Part shown: positions 53,261 to 64,000 of the stretch, piece by piece
Position numbering within the stretch: the stretch's first letter is position 1
How the letters are laid out: each line of letters opens with the position of its first letter
Assembly (NCBI GenBank): GCA_965238275.1
Contig: OZ250186.1
Location: forward strand, 1,024,001-1,088,000
Source: Nitrosopumilus sp.
Lineage (GTDB): Archaea > Thermoproteota > Nitrososphaeria > Nitrososphaerales > Nitrosopumilaceae
Direction of reading: 5' to 3'
DNA: 64,000 bases
Program-made: the position numbers and the translations under genes
The notes under the pieces: generated by a model
Seen by the model: only the letters and a program-made list of their open reading frames with translations
Databases searched by the model: none
Told to the model about the DNA's origin: nothing

Positions 53261-56200
53261 TCACGGCATGGTAACTTGCATGAGTCCGCTGTGGATTCGC
53301 GACGTGGCATTCCCCCACCATATGTCAGTCGAATAACCGCTGCCTGGATATGCCGGCGTGGATGCAGATACCGTCCTCGCATTCACAACAAACTCCACGA
53401 AATCGCCTGCCTGGACCTGCACCTGCATGATAGCGTCCCCGTCCTGCATGTTGTAAACCAGTCCGCCATTATTGTCATATATGAAACGCCTCTCCAGGAA
53501 ATCACCTGGCACGACAGTAACATCACTGCTTTCAAATATCGTCTGTCCCTGGATCCATTCGCCGTTCACGTACGCGTTGACATACACGGTGAGCGGCCCC
53601 TGTGCTGCCATCACCTGCTGCATTCCTGACAGGTTGGAGTCTATCATCCACTGCATTATGGGTCCCCAGTCTACGCTTGTGACGTCTGCGTGCGTGTCAC
53701 TATTCCCCCATGCACCGCACCTGTCATACACGAAACATTCTTCGGTATCCGGGGTTCCGGGCGGGATGAAGTTTCCATAATAGTATGAATCAATCGGGAA
53801 TGCAGTGGAACCCGACGCCTCCGCGTTGACGAACCGGACCTGCATGTTGCCCGTGTTGTTGGCAAACGCGGCAATCCTGTCAGAGACGCGCGACACGGTA
53901 AATCCCAAGTCGTTGCTGAAAGCGTACGCGGTCGCGGCGTTTTCAGCATCAGTCATTCGCGCAGAAACCGGAAACGTCTGGATGTTGTCCAGGTCGCCGT
54001 CTGCCCACGTCCCGTTGACCAGGATGGCAACGTTGTGGGCGCCAGGATATATCGGGATGTGGAATTTGTCGCCGCTGTCGTACGTCCCGCGCAGGTAATC
54101 GAAACTGATGCCCTGTTGTCCTGCCAGCGCCACCCCCCGGACATCCATGTTGTTCTGGTCAATTTCCACCTCCAGCATGGATTCTGCGACGTATATCATG
54201 TCATCGCGCCACCTGATATCCTTGACTTCCCCATTGTGCGCATCAAACATCACTGCATTACCACCACCACCGCGCCTGGTCAGAGAGTCCGGCCACACGG
54301 TGAGTTCGAGATTCTTGCCCCCAAAGAAGTCAAAATCCATGTCTGCAGGAGTGATTTCTATGCTGCCGCTATTTGACGTCAGGCCGGAGATTATGGCAAT
54401 GCCGTCGGCCGTTATCCTGTACGGGGCATTCTCTGGCATGTTGGTGACTATGAAGGCCGGCGGGATCTCCTCGCCCACGAATGCCTTGATCTGCGCAGTA
54501 GACGTGGCGTCGCCGCCGACTGTCCTAAGATAGAGGTTTCCGCTGTACGACTGCATCGTGAATGGACGGCTAAAGTCTTGCCCGCTGAACGCGTGCAGCA
54601 CCTGTATTATGGGCGGTATGTGTGGCAAGTCAATCCGGACGGATGCGCTCAGGGGCACGTGGATCGTCCTTGTGATGGGTCGGCCAGAGAAACTCTCCAG
54701 ATCCAGGGTTACAGACTGGCTTGGGATGCTGATGCGCGTGATTTTTTGGTACCCGCCCTCGCTGGTGCAACTTATCGTGGGCGTTCCAGTGTACGGCACG
54801 GACACGGTCGTTGTGCCCTGCCTGTAACTTGCCGTCACGCTCACGTGCGTCGAGGACTGGCAGCCGAGGGCGTAGACGTTTGGGATAAGAGTAAGCCCGT
54901 AGGCGCCTTTCAGCGTTTTTGCGTATATTATAAAACCATGATATTTGTCACCGATGAAATCCTCTGGATCCCGTGCATACTCTATGGGGCAGCCCGCGCT
55001 CGTGGCCTCGTGGTTAAGATCGTAGTTGTGAATGTGAATTGGGTATACCCTGAAATGACCCCCCTTGTTGGTCCAGAATACCTGTTCTGTCAATTCATTT
55101 GGCCAGTAACCGTCGCAGTGCCATCCATGACTACCGAGCGTGTGGCCGTTGTATTCTATGTATCTCTTCTCCATAGATGAAGAAGACGACGACACGTATT
55201 TACTGTAATAACTGACGGTGTTGGGGTCTATTGTACCGAAATTAGGTCGTCCTAATTTTAGACGTACTGCAAAGGAATACTTTGTCCTTTATCGGTCAAG
55301 AAAACCGTTGATAAAACGCCTGACTGCAAAGACAATCAGATACGCAGTCACACAGTGCAGGAAAGGCCAAAAGACGTCCCAGATTGCCAAAGAGATAGGA
55401 GTCTCACAAAGGCACGTTCAGCGACTGTACGCCCGGTTCTGCAGGACAGAATCCCACCACGTTCCAATGCCAGCGGGAAGAAAGCCCATACGGGCCACCG
55501 AAGACGAGATACGGCGGGTTCTGGACATGCACGCACGGGAACCGGTAGGCGTGCTGCGCACGGTAGGAAATCTCAAAACAGACTGCGATATAAGCTACAG
55601 ACGGGCATACAGGATCATGAAAGAGCATGGTTTGGTAACGCCCTCGGCTGCAAAGTCAAAGAAGAGAAAGTGGGTCCGTTTTGAGAGGAAATACTCGAAC
55701 GCAATGTGGCATGTGGACTGGCACGTCATGAAGGATCCGCGCTTCAGGGGCCTCAACCTGATAACGTACCTGGATGACTCATCCAGATGCATAGCAGCAG
55801 CACAGATGTTCACCGAGGCCACCTCTGAGAACGCGGTGGCCGTGCTGCGAAAGGCGATCGAGACGTTTGGAACACCTGCCACCATACTGTCTGACAACGG
55901 CTCATGCTTTGTAGGCGCGGCAGGCAGGCACAAGAAAGGAAAAGATGGCCGGAGAAGGAAGGCAGCTGCAGGATCATGGCAGCCCACCGCCTTTGAGGCC
56001 GAGCTGCTGGACCGCGGAATTGAACTGATAAACACCCGGCCGTACCATCCACAGACCAACGGAAAGCTGGAGCGGTTCCACCGCAGCATAGCGGAAGAGA
56101 TTTACCATTACGAGTCGCTGTCCGACTATGTCCAATACTATAATGAGCGAAGGCTGCACTTTTCACTTGACATGGCAAACCGTGAGACACCGCTCAGAGC

Positions 56201-56974
56201 GTTTTCCGCAAGAAAGGCCACAGATGAGATCAGAAAAGACAACCCCCAATGGATGGAGGTAGACACTGATGAGTAGGCGACATTATTTCGGTATACTACA
56301 CTGACGGTGTTGGGGTTGTAAGGCTGCACTACGGATATGATTTCAACGGCCATCCCGCTTGAAATCTCACCCTTCATCGTGAGCAGCTCGTTTAGCGGCA
56401 GGTCTATGCTGGCCTGGGTCTTGCGGCTTTCCCCGGAGTCGTTGTCAAGTACAGTCCAGTCGCCTTCCACCTTCCACCCGTTTACATACGTGTTCGGATC
56501 CACGTCAAGCGGAATCAGGATGTTGTCGCCGGTGTCGGTGTCCTCTATCCAGTTGAGCGAGTCATCGTTTGCCATCTCGTATTTTGCCAGGAGTTTGGGT
56601 ATCGGCATTGTATTTTCGGCGTCTGTATCCAGCACGGCTGCGGCAAACTCAAACTCGCCTGGGAACGTGTACGGGTCTAGCGGCTTTTCTGCACCTATTG
56701 TGCCATTTCCGTACACTATGTGGCCTTCTGCGTTCTTGGTGACTATCTCCATCGGGAAAGTTATCCCCGGGTTGGTGTTGTTGACTACCTGCGTGTTGTT
56801 GATTACTTGGACCGTGTGGGTGCTGTTGGTCGGTATTTCCTCCTTTACCGTAAAGACGTTGCCGCGCGACGTGACTATCTGGAGCTGCTTGGCAAACGCG
56901 TCCTCTGCGAATCCCGCGTACGCCGCGCCCAACACGGCAAACACGACAATGGCTGCAGCCAGTTTCGTCCTCAT
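53261..56974 (-). pseudogene. Large secreted protein (874 aa reconstructed) interrupted by IS481
   Basis: Signal peptide MRTKLAAAIVVFAVLGAAYA; removing the IS and one TSD restores the frame PYNPNTVSYYSKYVSSS. Confidence 0.8.
55227..56300 (+). mobile_element. IS481-family element
   Basis: WHVD, DDSSR, SDNG, PYHPQTNGKLERFH; TIRs ..TACCGAAAT; 15-bp TSD CTGACGGTGTTGGGG. Confidence 0.92.
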
Positions 56975-57330
56975 GTCAAAAACTCCTGCCAGCATTCAGC
57001 AAATTTGGTCGTGTTGACTATGTTTTTCACAGACGCCCCCACCTCATGTTCGACTGCGCAGATCCGCAGTACGGTGCCGTCATCATCAAGCACGCGGTAT
57101 TCCAATATATCCGTCTCCGGACCGGCATTATGCATCTTCAAGTCAGTTCCGTCCCACACGATGTCCACGTCTTCCTTGACGCGCTCGTTGTTGTGTATGG
57201 AAACCGCGGTTCCGGCATCAATCGCCTCGTTGTTTGCCTGCATGACGACAAACAAGATGGACACGCCGGAGACTACCAGTATGATTATGACTATACCTGA
57301 GACTAACATCGCGGCGCGGCCTCCGGCCAT
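56971..57330 (-). CDS. Pilin/archaellin-accessory-like small protein
   Basis: GRA followed by a hydrophobic helix (class III-like signal); ERVKEDV and HNAG beta domain; ATGA overlap with the next gene. Confidence 0.5.
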   Translation of the reverse strand: MAGGRAAMLVSGIVIIILVVSGVSILFVVMQANNEAIDAGTAVSIHNNERVKEDVDIVWDGTDLKMHNAGPETDILEYRVLDDDGTVLRICAVEHEVGASVKNIVNTTKFAECWQEFLT

Positions 57331-57486
57331 TCAGCGTTGATTATTCGGGGGGGGGGATCTTTTTGGTCATGCGCACCGGATCCAAGGATGGGTTTGCAGG
57401 CACGCAGACGTCATTCATTGCACGCGTAAGGAATGAAAACGGTATAAAGGGAAAATCCTTCTTTTTTCCGACATTTCAGGCAGATT

Positions 57487-57972
57487 TCATCTGGCCAAAC
57501 CTGTCGAGTTCATCCTGGCGGCAAACCCGTCGGCCCTGACTGTCACGTCCAACTCGCGCAACACGACCTCGGATATCCCGGCCACCTTGACTATCATTCT
57601 TTGCGTGACGCCTTCCGTGTGGTCCAACGCTGCGCGCGTTGCGTATGCCGCCAGTATGACCGGGTTGCGCCCAACCGTCAGGCCAGCGCCGTTCAGCCGT
57701 TCCAGTATTTTCAGCGCCCTGCGCGCCGTCTTTTCGGACAGTTTCAGGTCGGATGCCAGTCGCGTGGCATAACCTGCGGCATTTGGAATCGGCAGGTTGG
57801 CGTCCATGGATTTGTGCAGATTGTAGTACGCGTGGCGCGCCTTCTTGGAATTCGCGTTGAGTGCCAAAAATACCTCCTTCATGCCTCGCGCCACGTTTTG
57901 TTCCCTGCATGCCATAGACATAATCCGTAATAGGCAGTTTTGGGTCATTTCGTGCCTAGCATCTATTCCCAC
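57487..57972 (-). pseudogene. tfb: TFB C-terminal cyclin repeats
   Basis: RLASDLKLS...A.KIL...GRNP.ILAA...TQ..I..VAGISEV.LR. Confidence 0.75.
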
Positions 57973-58459
57973 TTTGTGCCTAACGACTAATTACGGATTA
58001 CGTCTCATGGGGACTGTAACGTCTGCGTGTGACGGGACAGGCTGTAACATTTGTGTGACGGCTGGGTTCTGTAACATTACGGTGATATGGATCTTCTCCA
58101 GAAGGGCAAGATCAGATTGAGTTCTGTGCAATCTTTGGGTGCTGGTTTCTCTGGATTGAAGCGACAATCTATAGTGAAAAGCGAAAGTTCGTTCCAAGTT
58201 CAGCACCCCAGACCGAAAACTATGTAGATCATCTGGTCGCCTAACGTGGCATGAACGAGCAAATGTCGAGCACGACAGGAGGGTGGCGCTGCAGTTCATC
58301 GAGGAAGTGGTCAGGGTGTTCCTGTAACCCGCATTGGCGATTCGACTTGGCACGGCGTGCACTGAATACCGCCTTTGTGCTTGGATCCAGACTGCTTTCT
58401 CCCAAACACATGCTTTCTTAGGCAACGTCTATTGAAAAGGGGACCATACCTGTCTTCGT

Positions 58460-58954
58460 TTAGTCGTTTTTCTTGAAATCAATAGCCTTTTGCTTGTCAT
58501 TGAATGTTATTTGGTACTTGGTGAACAAGCCACTGCGACCAATCAGAATGTTTCTTTTAAGTTCTACTCCAATCGGATCGCGTTCCGGGAATGCGACATC
58601 TACGGTGTCTATGCCGATGCGTTGGCCTTTATATAGTATTTCTAGGTACATCTTTGACCTGTACGTGGTAAATTTTCCTCCGGCACCAATCGAATTTTTT
58701 TTAGATTTTTCATCAACCTCAAGCTGCAAGATGTTTGCAATTGCCCTCGGTATAAAACAGATGTCTGCCCCAGAATCCACCAGCGCATACGCTCTAAATT
58801 CAGGATTTTGTCCCGAAACCGCATGCTCTGAGAATCTCCTGAATATGACTTCTATCCTAGGTCTCTTGATTGGGACTACTTCCCCATCGTCATTTTTGAA
58901 CAGATCTGCTCTATATTTGAAGTGAAACTTGCCTGTAAACCTACTACCTCTCAA
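58460..58954 (-). CDS. Retropepsin-like aspartyl protease
   Basis: RPRIEV...ALVDSGAD...ILIGR.GLF. Confidence 0.8.
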   Translation of the reverse strand: MRGSRFTGKFHFKYRADLFKNDDGEVVPIKRPRIEVIFRRFSEHAVSGQNPEFRAYALVDSGADICFIPRAIANILQLEVDEKSKKNSIGAGGKFTTYRSKMYLEILYKGQRIGIDTVDVAFPERDPIGVELKRNILIGRSGLFTKYQITFNDKQKAIDFKKND

Positions 58955-58969
58955 TATTCAGAGTCGGTG

Positions 58970-59179
58970 TCACAGGATTAATGTTTCTTCCTCTTGTTTT
59001 AGGGGCACCTGTTCAAACAAAGGGGTTCTTCCTTTACATACTGCCAAGGCGTCATTGTAGGTTTGTTCGACGTCTTCTCCCTCGGCTATAATTTTGGAAT
59101 CCAAAATAGCAATCCATTTGCCAGCATACTGCTCTCTGTTCTTTAAATTCAGTACAAATTCAGACTCTACGCTACTCAT
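58970..59179 (-). CDS. DUF5678-like small protein
   Basis: YAGKWIAI...IIAEGED....Y..A. Confidence 0.75.
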   Translation of the reverse strand: MSSVESEFVLNLKNREQYAGKWIAILDSKIIAEGEDVEQTYNDALAVCKGRTPLFEQVPLKQEEETLIL

Positions 59180-59230
59180 GTCACAACCTCGTTAAATTAC
59201 TATATCAACTTTTGTGATTTAAAGGTAATG

Positions 59231-59530
59231 TGTATTGTAACGAAATTATGTCCGCCCCCTTTTGGTGGCTGTTTATCCATGGACATCCGCCTCCATCCAG
59301 TTTGGGTTGGTAGCTCTTGTGGATTCGTCTGCTGCCTTGTCATGGAACGCCTTGAGAGGCGTCTGGCAATTATCTATGTCAAGTGACCAGTGCAATCGTC
59401 TCTCGTTGTAGAATGTGATGAAATCTTCCAAGCTGTCGTGCCGTCCTACCTCGTCCTCAATGGTTCGGTGGAACCGCTCTAGCTTGCCGTTGGTCTGGGG
59501 GTGGTACGGTCTTGAATTGATCAATCCTAT
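59231..59530 (-). mobile_element. IS481 right-end remnant
   Basis: INSRPYHPQTNGKLERFH...NPNWMEAD; end TGTATTGTAACGAAAT. Confidence 0.8.
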
Positions 59531-59803
59531 GTCGAGCTTGGCGCAGCATGATTTTGCCAAATGCCCCACGGTCGCCCTTTTTTGGTCGACCCTGTTGGCC
59601 ATCCTGCTGGCACGCCGCATCCTTTGGTCTCCGACTATGCTGGTGGACGACACGCGACTGCCGAACATTCCGTGGTTTTGGTCCTGGTCCATGCCGGGTC
59701 GCTCCATGGAAGAGTCAAGCACGCGCGCACATCCGGCGCAGACCGTCTCTCCTGCGAGTTCGTCTAGGATGGGCGTCGGGGCGGGGCAGGCGCATTCATT
59801 CAT
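59531..59803 (-). pseudogene. tfb: TFB N-terminal Zn ribbon, fused in frame to the IS481 remnant
   Basis: C.C...ILD...GETVCAGC.RVL; CAKLDI start of the first cyclin repeat. Confidence 0.7.
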
Positions 59804-59841
59804 GGATTGTGGGATGTTTTTTGCTTAAAACGGCCTCATCA

Positions 59842-60060
59842 TCACGATTGCTGCCACAGCTCAAACATCGTGTATTTGGACTCGACAATTTTGTTCTCCA
59901 GCAGCAGCTTGGCCTTGATACGTTCCACCAACAACCGTACCTCCCTTTCATTTTCGGGCGTGCGCATCAAAAACTTCCACACCAGGTGCTCGATATCGGT
60001 GGTGGTTTCAGGCTCCTCGTTCTCGATTCGGTTCTCCAGGGAGTCTGCCTTTATGGCCAT
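59842..60060 (-). CDS. Small hypothetical protein
   Basis: ORF colinear with its neighbours; no motif recognised. Confidence 0.4.
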   Translation of the reverse strand: MAIKADSLENRIENEEPETTTDIEHLVWKFLMRTPENEREVRLLVERIKAKLLLENKIVESKYTMFELWQQS

Positions 60061-60114
60061 GGATGGCTTGTGGCAAATCCACATATGGCTTTGTCGGTTC
60101 CGTAAAAAAAGTGG

Positions 60115-60309
60115 CTATGCCACGTTGACCCATTTCTTGGCAGTATGGAGCACGCGGCCATGGCCGCCGGACGTGGCCTCGCTCTGGAACTTGTCTATCT
60201 CGGACTGCGGCACGCCGGCCTTTTTCAATCCTTGATTGACCGTAACGAGTATCGCGATGGCGTTGCCGGCAATGCCTGATAGCCTGACAGTCACGTTGTA
60301 TTTTGGCAT
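60115..60309 (-). CDS. Small phage/ICE-type hypothetical protein
   Basis: MPKYNVTVRLSG.AGNA..I...V..GLKKAG...F..EATSG. Confidence 0.6.
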   Translation of the reverse strand: MPKYNVTVRLSGIAGNAIAILVTVNQGLKKAGVPQSEIDKFQSEATSGGHGRVLHTAKKWVNVA

Positions 60310-60343
60310 GGAATCAATAGGGCATCTACGTAAAAAGGACACG

Positions 60344-60935
60344 CTAGACCATGCATTCCCCGCCGCACGGGCCGTCTTTCTTGTCATCAACCGGCATCTC
60401 TTCCTTGTTCTCCATGATGTCTGCAAATTCGCGCAGCGTGAGATCCCCGGGACCCAGGTTCTGTTTCCCGAAATGCTTGCTGTTCTCCTCCAACACCATT
60501 GCGCGCTTGTACAGGTCCCGGTGGTTTTGATATATGTAGGCCCACCTCTCGATGTTGTTGAACGGGCAGATATCACACCCGCTCTTGATGGGCACCGGCA
60601 GGCCAGCCTTCTTGATCAGTTCGACACACCCGGTTCGGTCAATCTTGTGGTCAATCAACGGGTACAAGTTTGTCACGTTATCCATTCCAGGCGGCTTCAT
60701 GCGCCTGACTTCGCCGTAGTCAATCCCCATGTATTGGTATACGTGCGTCTTGAGGCCGCGGTAAAAAGCGTGTATCGGCCCCACCTTCATGTCGCGCGTG
60801 CACCACCTCCAGACTTCCGACGGGATTACCCTGCGCTTCTCACACCGGTCAGACAGGGAATCGTTGTTTTTCACGCTTACCACGTGCAACTGGACGCCAT
60901 GCTTGTCAAGGTATTTTCTCATGACGTCAAGGTAC
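60344..60935 (-). pseudogene. PAPS-reductase-like (PP-loop) protein, 5'-truncated by IS66
   Basis: RWCT..MK..PI, GID..E.RR, YPLID, P.KSGCDICPF. Confidence 0.7.
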
Positions 60936-62152
60936 GCGATGGATGCAGGGGCGTGCATGAAATCGGGCATCAGGTGCTGCCGGTTCTGGGCGCTTTGACC
61001 GATCGTATTGATCCCGAAGGCTGCTGCTGCTGCTGCTGCCGAAGTTGCAGGCAGAACACGACGCTGCAAGGAGATGCCTGCAGGCACTCGTCACAGAGGA
61101 CAACAAGAGGTACGCCAAGGCCAACAGGGAGCTTAACGCCAAGGCCAACAGGATTCTGACCAAGAAAAAGGCAGGCCCAAGGAAGGCCGGCAGGCCCAAG
61201 GGGCAAAAACCCACCATCAACTGCAGGCCAAAACGTCACCGTGTCGAGGATCGACTGCAAGGAATGTCCCGACTGTGGCAACGACAATCTTTCGTGACTG
61301 ACAGGTACATCGCATCGTGACTGTCATGCGCGTCATACTGGAAAACGTCAGGTAATCAAGCGGCGCTGGTGCCGCGGGTGCAAAAAACAGGTCTCTGGAA
61401 GGGTTCCCGGCGCGGCAAAACACGCGCCGTTCATCAAACTTTGATGCGGCCATGACGTTCGGTTTGTCGCATGCCAGGGCCGCAGAATTTGGCAGCGACG
61501 CGTGGGGGCACAAAATCTCGCGCCCGTCTGCATACCGCGGCCAGGCCAGAGCGCATGGCACCGAGCGTGATTCTGTAAGAAAGCGCGTGTTAGAGGCGCC
61601 ACACCTGAACGCCGAATTCCACTGGCCGTTGGGCGGCAAACGCGGCTACGGGATAGTGGCCCTGGCAAAAGACGCCTGCCTCGTGGAGGTGACCGGCTCT
61701 CGGGACATCAAGACGCTTTGCCACACACTCCCGGACTACGGTGGAACCATAACGCAGGACTCGTATGCAGGATGGCTCCACGTGGGATCCTGCCTGCCAG
61801 ATGTGCGTGTGGCATCAGGAACGCCTGGTGCAAAAGGGCCTCTATCGTGGCGCGATCCGGGGCTGGTTTGCGGAGTGGCAGCTGCACGGGCCGAACCGTT
61901 TGCAGACGATGGGCACGGCACCATCGCCAGACACAAGAAGAGGAACCCCCGGGAGGGATACTTTATGACCACCTGCCTGCACGTGGACGGCATCGAGCCT
62001 GACAACAACGCAGTGGAGAGGGTCAACCGGAGGTTTGTGGCCATAAGGAGCGACGGGGGCGGAAACCGCTCCCAGAAGGGCATGGATGCCAACTCGATCC
62101 TGTTCACGCTGCTGGCAACTGACAGGATCAACGCGAACAACACTTGGCCGTG
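60936..62152 (+). pseudogene. Degenerate IS66-like transposase (many indels)
   Basis: Nucleotide similarity to 43760-45130; DNNAVERVNRRF. Confidence 0.85.
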
Positions 62153-62579
62153 AAGATGGGACTGCAGAATGGTATGGTGCTACAAATCCGAGAACATGAA
62201 GGCTGGATTGCCATGCGCGTGGACCCGTCGCAAGAACCGGTGACGGAGGCAGGTTCCTGCTGTCCTGTAACGGCGGCAGAAGAATCGCAACCGGCACCAA
62301 AATGGTCCAATGCAGAAGAAAAACCAATTTCCCAAAAAGAGGAACCGCCAAATAATGACAACCACATATGCGGGTTTGACGGACTCGAACCCGTCGTGGT
62401 GCTTATGTGCAGTCGTCATAAACCGCATATGGCACGGAATCACTGTAGCATGACTGGGAATTATATACAAGAGTAGACGGCAGCCGCCGAAGGCGTCCCA
62501 CGTCCACTCTTGTCTTTTTCTGAAGGCAGTGAAGCTATTCGATTGGCTCTCTCGTGCACGGTGGTTTCCCGCATACATG

Positions 62580-63874
62580 CGCGGGGCACCGTGTGCTCCT
62601 TTCTCCTCCTAACGACGACCTTCCCGGCCGCCTTTGCGCCGCGCGCGGATATGTTGACCGCCGCGTTCTTGTCCGCGTGATCCTCGTGCCCGCATCTTAC
62701 GCAAATGAATATTGATTGCGAGCGCCTGGAATTTCGGTCTGAGTGCCCGCAGGCGCCGCACGTCGTGGCTGGTGTAGTGCGGCTTTACCTTGTGGAACTC
62801 CTTGTTGTGCTTTTTTGCGAACCACTCTATGTACGACAGCACCTCGCCGAGCGCGGCGTGCATTATGGTCCGGTTCAAACCAGTCTTTCCCCTGCCCTTC
62901 CGTGCCATCTGCTTCGGGTGGAGGTTCTCGATTGCTATTATTTCCGCGCATGCAAGGTTCTCCTTGACTGACTTTCTCATGAAATCCGTTCGGCGGTTGG
63001 TTGTCTTGGCGTTCTTTTTTCGGATGCGCTCCTGTTCTTTTTTCCACGCGTTGCTGCCCTTTTTACGTCTAGACTGCGCGGATTTTTTCCTGTCAATGGA
63101 GTCTCCCTTGTACCGCGTGGCGTTCTCCGGGAGCGTTACCAGGACCGACTCATTGTTGTCCAAATTATGCACGGCCATCATGTTGACGGCGCCCACGTCT
63201 ATGCCGATAATGTCGCCGTCGCGGCGCGTTGGCTTGGCCACGCGTACCTGGACGTGCAGCTCGTACGTGCGGTCCTCCGGCCTAGTTTGTTTGGTTATCT
63301 TGTGAGTCGTCTCGACTATCTGGAAAGACTTGATGCTGTTGCGTTCAATCGCGGTGCTTTTGGTCATGACATTACAGATGCCGCCCAGGTTCCAGGAGCC
63401 GTCCTTGTTGCCTGCCGGCCTTGCATAGCACCCGATGGCTGCCTGCCTTTTGCCGTCCTGCCGCTTCCTGAACAGACTGTCCGGGGACGTGTATCTGCGC
63501 TTGCGTTTTGGCCTCCATCGCTTCCCTAGGTTTGACGCGTAAAATGCCTCGACTGCCTTGCGGCCGCCGTCAATCGCGTACCTGTGCACGAACACGTTCA
63601 GGTCCAGCCAACCGTATTCATCCCGCTTTTCCTTCAATTTTGAAAACATGTCGTACTGCGTGGGCCTGGCCTCCAGCGCCTGCCGGACGCCCTCGTTGTA
63701 GCACCAGTCTGTCTGGAAATGCGCCCGCCATATGAGGCGCGATGCCTCCTTTGATTGGTAAAACGGAATGGTGAATGTCTGCGTGGTGTATGGAAAATCT
63801 TGCTTCACTGGTATGGTACTATACGGTAAACTCTGTTTCCTAATTACGCTCGACACAGATACTCGTCTGTGCAA
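62580..63874 (-). pseudogene. tnpB: TnpB RNA-guided nuclease (IS200/IS605-type), frameshift near 62765
   Basis: YNEG, IIGIDVG, IAIENL, PHYTS; Zn finger CGACG...CVRCG and HADKNAAVNI in another frame; true start probably downstream of 63874. Confidence 0.88.
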
Positions 63875-63879
63875 TTCTG

Positions 63880-64000
63880 CCTACGTCGTCGTCTTGCCCC
63901 CTTCCCTTGCAGTCCTTGGGCCGGGCTTGTAGGCTTGCACGATCCTTGGCGTGCCGTACCCGTTGTCGATTGCAGTATCGATCATCTGGTTGTACAGCTG
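63880..64000 (-). CDS. 3' end of an unknown ORF
   Basis: Open frame QLYNQMIDTAIDNGYGTPRIVQAYKPG... Confidence 0.4.

Overview
Chromosomal segment of an ammonia-oxidising archaeon (Nitrosopumilaceae/Thaumarchaeota). Evidence: eukaryote-like topoisomerase IB, Nitrosopumilus-type S-layer proteins, proteasome alpha subunit, intron-containing tRNA-Met and TFB. The heavy IS load and repeat expansions suggest a host-associated lineage (inference). 1-23.7 kb is mostly housekeeping, with IS66, ISH3 and IS3 relics and a RelE-type TA pair. 24.5-38.5 kb holds a basic repeat protein and two convergent S-layer paralogs with near-identical 5' and 3' ends and mosaic middles, a candidate invertible S-layer variation locus. 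38.7-51.2 kb is an IS-riddled island. Removing its ISs at their target duplications reveals a divergent module: a thymidylate-synthase-fold enzyme with the cytosine-type Asp plus a YwgA-like gene on one side, a MUG/TDG glycosylase on the other, about 50 bp apart. 51.2-64 kb is a decaying integrated element (tyrosine recombinase, pilin-like and large secreted proteins, split TFB, DUF5678/aspartyl protease pair, PAPS-reductase-like fragment, TnpB). Many single-base frameshifts could be sequencing errors. All product calls come from motif recognition, not database searches.
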